A stretch of 60,856 bases of DNA, filler included, from Collodictyon triciliatum (Eukaryota): the NCBI GenBank assembly GCA_043381765.1. It is 5 parts of 5 records of this genome, joined end to end, with 100 filler letters (N's around TTAATTAATTAA, not from the genome) between each part and the next. Parts side by side here need not be neighbours in the genome. Positions count along the whole stretch, not along the records: positions 1 to 7,627 come from JBHJMP010001772.1; positions 7,728 to 22,515 come from JBHJMP010001773.1; 3 more parts are not named here. The stretch is one strand, 5' to 3'. The position numbers and the translations under genes were made by a program. Under the pieces are notes generated by a model. That model searched no databases. It was not told the origin of the DNA and saw only the letters and a program-made list of their open reading frames with translations. Positions 1 to 10,495 of the stretch are shown here, piece by piece (the stretch's first letter is position 1; each line of letters begins with the position of its first letter).

Positions 1-317
1 AAAAAAAAAAAAGAGATAGAAAAAGAAAAAAAAAAAAAAAAAAAAAAAAAATTGCTCGGAAAGAAAAAAAAAAAAAAAAAAAAAAAAGACCCTACCAACA
101 AACAACTGGGATGTTTTCAACATATTCACTCATTATATATTATGCATGCTGTCAAATCGAATAAAGGGAAAGATACATATCACATATACTGTCTCGCAGT
201 TTTTGTATATTGTGTTGTTTATGGAGTTGCCGTCTTCATTTGCTGTGTTTGTGGCTGAGAATAGGTGACAGGGTAGCCAAGGCAAAAGAACATCAGAGAA
301 AACGAAGGGTCTCGATA

Positions 318-3300
318 TTAATAACGCTGCGGTTCATCGTATGGACTCAAGGCTATTCCATAAATCGATTGCGAGCGTAGTTCTTCCCTGCGTTGTTTGC
401 CCGTGGCTGAGTGACTGCTCGCCGTCACCAAATCTCGTTGTCTTTGCTGAATAAACAAGTGGTGGAAGGGAATATCGACCCCGCTTATAGTCACCCCTGT
501 CAACCTGGATAGCAACGAATCAGGTATCTTCGATATTGGATTGTTGTTCAAATTGATGCTTTTAAGAGCAGTGAGTCTGGTGATATCCTCTGGTAGCTCT
601 GATATTTGATTAGATGAAATGTCTAAGCTGATTAAAAAAGCTTGCAGCAGCGCCAGCGAGTCGGGCAGTGATTCAAGTGACATACCTACCAGGTGCGCTG
701 TCGTCTGTTTCGTATTAAATAATTGCAAGATATTTTCCTCGACTTGACTCAATGGATTCATATCCAACGAAACATTTCTTAGTTTTGGTAGGTAAAATAG
801 TGAGGCCGGTATTTTTGAAAACATATTTGATGTCAGGGTGATTGATTGTAGATTGGTCAAAAGGGAACAACAGTCTGGTAAGTCCCAAAGCGCATTGTTT
901 GATAGGTCGATATGGCTTACTCTTGTTAATTGTAATATGTGGTGGTGCTCCAGGCGAGGGAGGCGGTTCTTTGTGTGAATAAACTCATCTGATTGTAGAC
1001 CTGTGCATAACTCTATACTTATATCAAGGCAAAATATCGGATTATCAGCAATATTTAGGTATGTCAACTCCTTCGTCTTTGGTAACCAAGCCGATGAAAA
1101 AGTCATCAACCTGTTTGATTGCAACGATAACTTGCGTAATGAACCCAAGTACGTGAACGTGGCTGGTAATGTACTGATCATATTCGAAGAAATACCCAAA
1201 TCTTCCAAGAACTTGATTGCCGAGATTCCTTCAGGAATTTCATCCAACAGGTTAAGTGATAAATCCAGCTTTTTTATAGTGGTAATCTCAAGCAAAGACT
1301 TTGGTAAGTTTTCCAATAAATTGTGAGACAGATTCACCACAAGTAATGACTGGAGCAACGAAAACGAAGAAGGTAGGCATCGAAGTAGGTTGTTGGACAA
1401 GTCAATCATTTTCATTTTTTCCCAGAATTCTGAGATGTATGGTATATGTGTGATGCGATTGTTATGCAAAGATAGGCATTCTACCTCGGAAAAACGATGC
1501 AACGTATGTGGGACACTACTCAAGTGTAAACTTTGAAAGCAAAAAATATTACAGTCTCTCTCTGCAGTTTTCATGCATTCTGAAAGAGTTATGTTGCTTT
1601 CTACATATCCTCGAATTTGCGTATCTTCAAGTGCTGCTGTCGAGTCAACGATAGTATCCATTCTCCAGTTGGGCCATGCCTTGAGAATGTCCATTTTCTC
1701 AAACAAACCTATATTCTCATCCGATGAAACAAGCCTATTTCCATACATCTCAACGGCACGGAGCTTGTTCATTTTGCCCATTGCAAATTTTGGGATACTT
1801 CTGAAATAATTGTAGCTAATAAAGAGCATTTCCAATCTTGTTGCATGACAAAGAGACTCTGGGAGCTCAGACACGTAGTTTTTTCGTATATTTAGAATTT
1901 TCAACTCTCCCAAATCAAACAACTCTTTTGGGATATTAACGAGAAAGTTTTTCTCCAGACTAAGAGAGCTCAAAAGTGTCCATTTCGCTACGGTGGGTGC
2001 TAAAATTCTTATTTTGTTGTCTTGTAAACTTAAAGATTGCAGCTTGACGAAAGGAATTTGTTCTTCCCATTCAGACTCTAGCCCAATATTATTCTTTGAT
2101 AGGTTTAAAGACTCAATATTGGTAAGAGTTGAAAATCCTATTGGTAAGCGGCTGATATAGTTGCTTGACAGATTCAAGCGCTTCATCCCGACACAATTAA
2201 GTATAGATTCAGGAATATCATAAATATGATGGCTTGAAAAATCGGCCATAACAAGTTGAGTCAAGATTCCGATGCCGTTGGGTATGGTCATGGGATAATT
2301 CAACTGAGGGATTTTCCATATGCTTTTCTTTTTTTCGTACATTTCCATCAAGTAGCGGTGTCCTGTTGATATTGGGTTGTTTTCAACTATAATTTGAATT
2401 CCAAATGAATTCGAGGCAAATTTGTCTGGGATATCGCTCAGCCGATTTTTGGTTGCATTAAGCATGGTAAGTTCTTTCATGAATGCAATAGATGAGGGAA
2501 TCGATGTTATCTCATTATGGGATACATTCAAATTATTTAGAGCTTGCATTTGTTCCCAATTATTTGGCAGCTCTGAAATTTTATTATGAGATATTGACAA
2601 AGTTACCAACGAAGTGTACCCCAGTATAGAACCAGGGAATAATTTGAATTTGTTTTGAGAAATGTTCAGATGCTTTAAGTAAGGCAAATTTACCGAATCA
2701 ATGGCAAAATCTTCTAATGAATTATGTTGAATGTTTAATACTTCCAAAACCGAAAATGATGTGGAGGAGAGGGTCTGGTGTAATACATTGATATTTCCAT
2801 GGGTGATGTGAAATTGCAATAAATTAGGTAGTTTAAGCATGAAGGAGAAATCTCCTATAATTGATTTCGAAATACTCAGGCACGTCAAATGGGATGGAAG
2901 CCAGTTCAAGTATGCAAACGACTCAGGAGGCGAAGCTATGTGATGTATAAATGAGCTTTCCATATTTAATATACACCTGGACACATTCAGTTCTATGCCA
3001 TCAAATAAGTTATTATTAATGCATAACATTTTCAAATTTGACATGGATGTTATTTCCGTAGGTAAGTGACGCAATTTATTATTGTCCAAATTCAAAAACT
3101 GCAGCTCTTTTAATAAATGTATTCCAGGAGGTAAAGCCCTGAGGATGTTGTCAGATAGGTTAAGTTTTAACAAATTAGTTAGATTCCATAAAGAACTGGA
3201 AATATCAACTAGATAGTTTCCAGACAAATTGAGACTGAGGAGATTTGTGAGACATGATATCTCTTCGGGTAGTACAACAACAGAACCTTGCACGTCGAGT

Positions 3301-4648
3301 CGCAGTAAATTTTGACACTCAAATATCTCTTTGGGGATGTAATCCTGATGACCGATGTCAACAACGAGAATCTTGATATTACTCGGAGACATTTTTGAAA
3401 ACACTTGACAGATGAGGATATCCAAGTTGGCATTTATTGCTCGCGGAGAATCACGAGACAGGAAATCATCTTTATAGAATAGTAGTCAGTTTTCTTTTTT
3501 TTCTTCAAAAATGAATTTATATTTTAAATGAATTTTGACTAGTTTTCAATAAGTTTAGTCCACTTACTAGAGCTGAACAATGGGATTTTAGGTCCACGCC
3601 AAAATGATATCAATTGTGATGAGAAATCATCAGATAAACTGGAAGCATTTTGTAGTTCTTGCGGTATGTGTGAAGGACTTCGGCCATAATCATCGTATAG
3701 GGGTGTATGAAAATCATGAAACGGGTTCTGTTTTGTTGTAGAATTTGGACAGTGGTATAAAATAAAATTATCATGTGATTTTGTGGGCACTTTCCCAATT
3801 ATAAGCGACATTATATCGATGTTATCTTGAATTAGAGGTTTTTCTACACCCAAAGAATGGTCTTGATTGCTTTCTGGGTTGTGTGCAGATGTTTCTATGC
3901 CATCGTATCCATTATCATAACCATCATAGTCATAGTCATCATAGCCGTCATCATCGTCATCATTGTAATCATTATGACTGTCATAATTGTAATATCCGCC
4001 ATGATACCCACCTCGATACCCACCACGATATCCACCACGATATCCACCACGATATCCACCACGATATCCACCTCGGGGCCCTCTGAGTGCCCCGCGAAAT
4101 TCACTTTCAAGCCTGTATTCACGCGGTTTGATATGACCCGATTGAATAAAACAGTTGTAATTGATTGACAGTTCACTGGTCAATTTCAAAAATTCTTCTT
4201 GATTTGTGTCTCTGTCAACGTCCATATAAACCTGATTAGGGTTACTATGATGACCAAAGGAATCAAGGTAACTTCGACCGATATAGTTGGCCTCAGCCTG
4301 ATAAGGAGCCCCACCAAATCGGAACGATTCGGGATAGTGCACGGATGTTTGAGATTTTTTCCTGAGGAATGAAATTCTTGCTACTGTCATGGTTTCACTG
4401 CGCCTGGAGGATGACCCGTGATAAGGAGATGCGTCTTCCGATGACTCCGGGGTCTCCGGGATGGGCACTTTGTCGCGTACCCTTCCAAAAGTAATGATGT
4501 GATGTGCCTCACTGAAACTGTTCCAATGGTGATGCGCCCAGTCGCGTGAAATAAACATTGTGCTTTTCTTATCCACGGAGAAATCTGCAGAGAAAAAGTG
4601 AGTGTCATTTAGTTTCTCAGACTGCCCTAACGCTCCTTTTGACGTCAT
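318..4648 (-). CDS. Large leucine-rich-repeat protein (~1410 aa) with an RGG/acidic low-complexity N-terminus; 2 exons (4648-3568, 3469-318)
   Basis: ORF 318-3425 consists of dozens of LxxLxLxxNxL repeats. ORF 3539-4648 joins it in frame through a GTAAGT...CTGAC...AAAG intron at 3567-3470 (FSS-N-DFLSRDSPRAINANLDILIC). Confidence 0.85.
3990..4076 (-). repeat. Coding 12-bp tandem repeat encoding (RGGY)n
   Basis: CCACCACGATAT units on +; translation RGGYRGGYRGGYRGGYRGGYRGGYHGGYY. Confidence 0.9.
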
Positions 4649-4703
4649 ATATTAATATGTCACCTTTGCTATTGCGCGTGCTTTTGGACGAAGAAAACAG
4701 ACA

Positions 4704-4800
<97 letters not shown>
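4704..4800. repeat. (AAT)n microsatellite
   Basis: Seen directly. Confidence 0.95.
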
Positions 4801-4801
<1 letters not shown>

Positions 4802-5412
4802 AAATAATAAATAAATAAGAACAAGAACAAGAAGAACGATGTCGGACCGTTAATGAATGGTGAATGTTTATGTGTAGCGCCGTGGGAGGGGTGAGACCCA
4901 AAGGCAGCGAAGAGAAAATGAGTTGGAGAGTGAACAGAATAACAATGATCAAACGGTGTTGGCATTGATTGTTGTTTAGATTTCCAGATTAAGAATAAAC
5001 ATTGAGAGGTACCTACAATCTATCACATTGTACCTATTATCTAATTTAGTATCCTGCCACACATCTTGACTGCAAGAAATATATCTATATATCAAATTCA
5101 GAAGGTGGGCAATAGCAGCCGGCCTGATTCAATCACCCCAGCGAACAACCACCAGCTGATGGACTTCCGCCACGAATCTGCCCAGGGCGAAGTTGGCCAT
5201 ATGCAAAAACATTTCACACAACTATATAGCAACAAAAGGTACCGTCCAGAAAACTCCACGCATTACTCTGGGCTTGAACGAGCTTTCCATCAGCCCAAAC
5301 TATGCTCAGCGATCGAGTGGTTATTGACTTGGGTGCTGGTCAGCTAGTCTTTATTTCTCTATTTTCTTCATTTCCAAATTATGTTTTTCTTTCCTTTTCG
5401 ATTGAGCTCTGC

Positions 5413-5635
<223 letters not shown>

Positions 5636-5695
5636 CGAGCAAGTTGCTAAGCAGCCGATCGTATTGAATACTTTTACTCGATAGCGGGGGAAGAA

Positions 5696-6990
5696 ATGGC
5701 CACTCCGGCTGGATCTTTCGTCTACAGGCAGGCTCACGCACGCGACATCCCATCGTTGAAATTACTTCATAATGCTCTTTTCCCCATAGAGTAAATTCTC
5801 CTCTCAATTGTGTATTGCTCTTTTATCCTGGCCTCATGGCATCTTCATCATTTATTTTCGTGCTTACCATTCTTTGAAAATAAGAAAGACTATTTTGAGT
5901 GTATGATTCATAGTCATTAATATTGGGATTTCTATTTTCTTTAATATTTCATCAAAGATACGACGAGAATTTCTATGAGAAAATCGCATCTGGTTCGTTC
6001 TATTCATTTCTTGCGTTTGACGAGAATGCACCCAGAGATGAGTGTCTGATCGGATTTATTACAATCGACTTCAAAGTAAAGGAAAGTGCAGAGGTACGTC
6101 TTATTCAACCTTCATATTTATTTAGTGATTGTTACATTTTCCTTCGATTTATTTTAGATAAGGAACGAATTTCATCTTTTCTTTTCTTTTTATTCTTTTT
6201 TGTTTTTTTTTGTTTTTTTTGTTAACGCATATCTCAAATGGTTGGTTGATAGGACGGTGATATTTTGGGAGACTCAAACGCAGATGCTCTGATGGCATAC
6301 ATTATGACCATCGGGGTACGCAAATCTCACCAGAAGCGAGGAATAGGTCGGCATACTTTCAAATAGATACTTGTCATGCAATCTCAGCGCTAATTATTTA
6401 GTTTCCAGTTTTTTTTTTTGCCTCGCGGCTGAATAAAACGGACTTTTTTTGTAACTTAAATAAATTCGGTATCAGCAAAGCGATTGTTAAGGCACGGAAT
6501 CGAATATAGCGCATCGTATTCAAACTGCAAAGGTATGCTGGTAAACGCTTGCCACCTTGCTTTCACAATCCACTTAATCATATAAAATTAATTTCGTTTA
6601 TTTTTTATTTTCTCTATTCAGCTAATTCGTCAAATTTATATAGTTATATTTCTTCATGTTATATTGCACAACGATATCGCTATAAGATTCTATGAAAAGA
6701 GTGGATTCCAAAGATGCAAGTACCATACGAACTACTATATTATAAATGCATCATTCTACAATGCATATACCTATGGTTATTTCATCAATGGTGGAAAACG
6801 GAATCAACCAGAACAATCGTGAGTATCTTCTTTTCCTTTTTGGATAAACTAACACTTATATTGATGTAATTGAACAGTAGGGTAAAGTGAAGAAGTAAAA
6901 TAGGAATGTGACAAAAATCTACTATTATTCAGGCTTAGCTGGTATGGATACCTCAAGCACGTCATACGCAAGCTCTTTGACTGGTTTTGA
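5696..6990 (+). CDS. NAA60: N-alpha-acetyltransferase 60 (NatF, GNAT fold), multi-exon
   Basis: Spliced translation includes LHNALFPIEYDENFY, AYIMTIGVRKSHQKRGI (acetyl-CoA motif A) and VIFLHVILHNDIAIRFYEKSGF...YYIIN...AYTYGYFINGG. It ends in an amphipathic WYGYLKHVIRKLFDWF* tail. GT-AG introns keep the frame. Confidence 0.85.
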
Positions 6991-7627
6991 ATTATTTCCT
7001 GACTATTTGGCTCCTCTTATTCCGAGGTACCAAAATGTATTGTATTAGAGCTTGACCAACCAATCACAACCAGCGTTGCACCCAAAATATTTTCCTTATC
7101 TGTGTTCAACATGTGGTTTTTTCATTGAACTTTTCTTTATTTTTACAATACTTTTAATTCATATTCTATTTAATATATTCATTATCACAAATATTATTGG
7201 AGGTTCTTTTGAATAAAATTATACTATCCTTTTCTGAATTGCATGGATGGAAAAGTAATATTCTTGCGCTACCGTATCTAACGAAAATACCATAAATAGC
7301 AAATAATTGACCGCTAGTCTTTTCCGTGCCACTTTTCTCTTTTTCCCTTTTTCCCCCTTTTTTCCCCCTTTTTTTCCCCCTTTTTTCCCCCTTTTTTCCC
7401 CCTTTTTTCCCCCTTTTTTCCTTTTTTCATTCGAGCATAGAGATCTGTAATTAAAAAGTGGAGAATTTCTGTATTTTGAATTGATTTATGTACTTTTTTT
7501 TATCCCTGTAGCCAGCAGAAATAAATATAATCATGCCCCTGCCGCTATACCTGTTGCAGCCAGATTATATTTTTTTATTTAATATTTCTTCTTTTTTTTT
7601 TCTTTTTTTTTTTTTAAGCTCTTTATT

Positions 7628-7727
7628 NNNNNNNNNNNNNNNNNNNNNNNNNNNNNNNNNNNNNNNNNNNNTTAATTAATTAANNNNNNNNNNNNNNNNN
7701 NNNNNNNNNNNNNNNNNNNNNNNNNNN
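7628..7727. other. Artificial scaffold linker
   Basis: N44-TTAATTAATTAA-N44 (stops in all six frames); identical at four places. Confidence 0.97.
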
Positions 7728-7787
7728 TCGACTTTTCCACCCTACTGTTATTATACAATTTGCGACCAACCATGTTTACTTTGTCCC

Positions 7788-7839
<52 letters not shown>

Positions 7840-8523
7840 CAAAATTATAAAGGATATTGGCAATCTTAGAGGCAGAAAATACGGCGAGATGGCTTTCAAC
7901 AGGTGTATCAGAATAGTCATGCCCCTGTAAGTCCAGATGAAATCCGATAGCTTTCCACTATTATCTGGATTGACGAAAGCAGGAGCTTTGATGAATCCAA
8001 GAAACAACCTGAATGATATAATAGTATGATTAGCAATATACTAAGTTTAAAAAACTTAATAATAATCATTCTATTCCTATAATCAATTTATATTTTTTTC
8101 GTTTATGTAATATTATTTCAAAAATGACAAATAAGCCCTTGCCTTGTCCCAGACAGAACCCACCCTATTAACCTGCCACCAAACATGCATTTCAAAAAAG
8201 CACACTATCCACACTTGCGGCGGTAATCATGTTGTTTGAGGCCGATATGTTGACTTTCGGTCGCAATGGCTATACGGCCGTCCTTTCGAACCCGCCGAAT
8301 CAGCTCTCAGCGTTTTGTCTCAAATCACTTATAAAAAACTTTATGTGTTTGTTTGCCACAATGCGCATATTATGAAAGCCTCGGTAGGTGCTTAATTTTA
8401 CCTGAATTGATTTTATGCAGTTTTTTTCTTTTTTTATTATTAAATTGACTAATTGATTAATGTTTTATTAAAATTGAAACTTCGGTAGTTTTCTAAAGGA
8501 AATAGTAAAACCAAGACTTTCAG

Positions 8524-10400
8524 ATGAATAAAAGAAAACGCCTTGAGTCTGAGAATCTGAAGTCTGTAAAACCAGACTATCGAAATCTGAAAACATCTCA
8601 AAAGTCGATTGTAAAGAATCCGGATGACTATGACAAAATCAACGATACGGTTTTATTGTGTCATAATTTGGTTACCGACACTTATCTGTTTGTAAGATGT
8701 TGCATATTGAAATCACAACAACACCCAACAATCGATGAAAAGTTTTTGTACGCTTTAAAGACAGTCGGGGTTGTTTCACAAGATAGAACCACAAGTTTTT
8801 TTTAAAACATCCAGATGAGTTAAGATATGATGAATTTTTATCTCAATGATTTTCGATTCCTTTTGTCCCAAGAAGAACGCTTTCCGTTGTTTGGATTGTC
8901 TCATATATTATGGTACCTGGCGAAGCAAATGTTAACAGCTTATCATAATAACACCAAGGACATTTTGTAAAGAGGCTACTGCGCTTTATAAATCAAACAG
9001 TTCCTAAATATGAGAGTATTACGAAAGTTATTAAAAAGGCAGACTTACAGAATTTTAAAAAAAAAAGCCATCTTCATGAAACCCGAAATACCGGAACAAT
9101 ATAAAGGATGGGCTGCAATACATTTGCATCATATCATTCCCAGCGATATTGTAAATGGTATCGAATATGACATCAAAGTCAATACAAATAAGTATATTCC
9201 ATGTATGATTCACATGAATCGCATTTTTTGAGGGCATTGGAACCAAACCGTTTCAACCATTCTCTATAAGAACTAACAATACACCATGCCATATTAGCCT
9301 AGATGCTGCATGCTTGATAGATCTATTAGTATTATCTGGAAAAACAAAATTATTGGATAATATATCAAGATGCAAAGAGACCCTATGGGATAAGTTCTTT
9401 GAAATGAAGAAGAGGGTCTTTCATCAAAGAGTCTACAATTTTAAATACATGATACAAACAGACAGCTTGGCGGTGTCATTATTGTTTGAAGAGAATGGGT
9501 TTTCAAATTCAAAATTCAAATATGATCAAAAACAAAGAATATGTCTATATAGATGAGTTTTCCGAAGAGCAGCTATCTTTGTTAGGGATAATAATAACAG
9601 TTGGAGTGGACGCAGGCAAGTTTAATTCGGTTTACATGGTGGATGAGACAGGCAAGAAATTACGTTGCACGGCACACCAAAGAAGACATGATAGCAAATC
9701 TCTTGAAAATCACAAAATACTCTTGCGCGAGAAAGAAAAGTGCAATCCTTTTCGGATACGCATGGCGACAGATTTACAAATTGTTGTTTCTTTTGGTCCC
9801 AAAACTTTTGAAGAGAATCAGCAGTTTGAGACATTAAGAATATCTTTAATCGATTTAGAGACACAACTGAAACGTAATTCATGCACGGTCGATTATGAAA
9901 AATTTCGGGGATATGTATCTATGAAATCAAGATACCACATAGTATTTTCCGGATTTTATGAACACGTAACTTTTCGTAAGATGAAATGGAGACAGTATGT
10001 TAATACAAAAAGAAGTGAACAATTGTTTATGGACCGAATCGAAAAGACATTTGGCAAGGATGTTGTACTGGCGTATGGAGACTAGAGCAGAAAATCTCCG
10101 ATGAAACATTTTATGCCAACAAATGGAAGAGGATTACGAAAAATATTATCCAAACGTTTTGAAACAGTTAGTGTAGATGAATTTAGAACCTCCAAGATGT
10201 GATGCAACTGCGAAAAAGAGCTGGAATATGTAGCACTGAAAGGAAATACAAAAAAGTATATATGTCTCATATGTAAAGAATGCAATCGCTCAGAAAGCAA
10301 AGAAACTGTATTCTTGACAAGGGACTTAGCAGCACTAATAATATACTCAAGAAAATTCTTTAATCCTTCAAAATATTCATACACCTTCCTCTTTTAAAAA
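8524..10400 (+). pseudogene. Fanzor1: Fanzor1 (TnpB-like RNA-guided RuvC endonuclease), disrupted by frameshifts and stops
   Basis: Motifs: YMIQTDSLAVSLLF; RuvC-I VGVDAG (Asp 9609-9611); YGD[W>TAG]S; RuvC-II VDEFRTSK (Glu 10179-10181, the rearranged position typical of Fanzor); zinc finger CNC...CKEC; RuvC-III TRD (Asp 10323-10325). Confidence 0.9.
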
Positions 10401-10404
10401 GAAA

Positions 10405-10495
10405 AAGGCTGTTAGGTCTTTCCCTGGCAGCCTTCACCACTACACAACCTTTGTGAAAAAAGTGGTGAGGCCTTGGATACTGGCGACCAGGTTTA
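10405..10495 (+). ncRNA. Putative omegaRNA scaffold of Fanzor copy 1
   Basis: Three adjacent hairpins at the ORF 3' end: 10407-10416/10423-10432; 10434-10441/10461-10468 with inner CACAA/TTGTG; 10469-10476/10487-10493. Conserved in copy 2. Confidence 0.65.

Noticed and set aside
7672-7683. TTAATTAATTAA palindrome recurring about every 14.9 kb
   Set aside because: Always embedded in N44 on both sides; it is an artificial joiner, and the spacing reflects scaffolds of similar length.
7840-8001. IIWIDES in the left flank of copy 1, resembling an IS630/Tc1 first-Asp motif
   Set aside because: Short, flanked by stops, outside the region shared by the two copies, and with no further DDE motifs.
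10035-10044. CGAATCGAAA in the Fanzor ORF matches the start of the copy 1 variable segment (possible self-targeting)
   Set aside because: Only 10 nt, no AAAC-type motif next to it, and absent from copy 2; compatible with chance.
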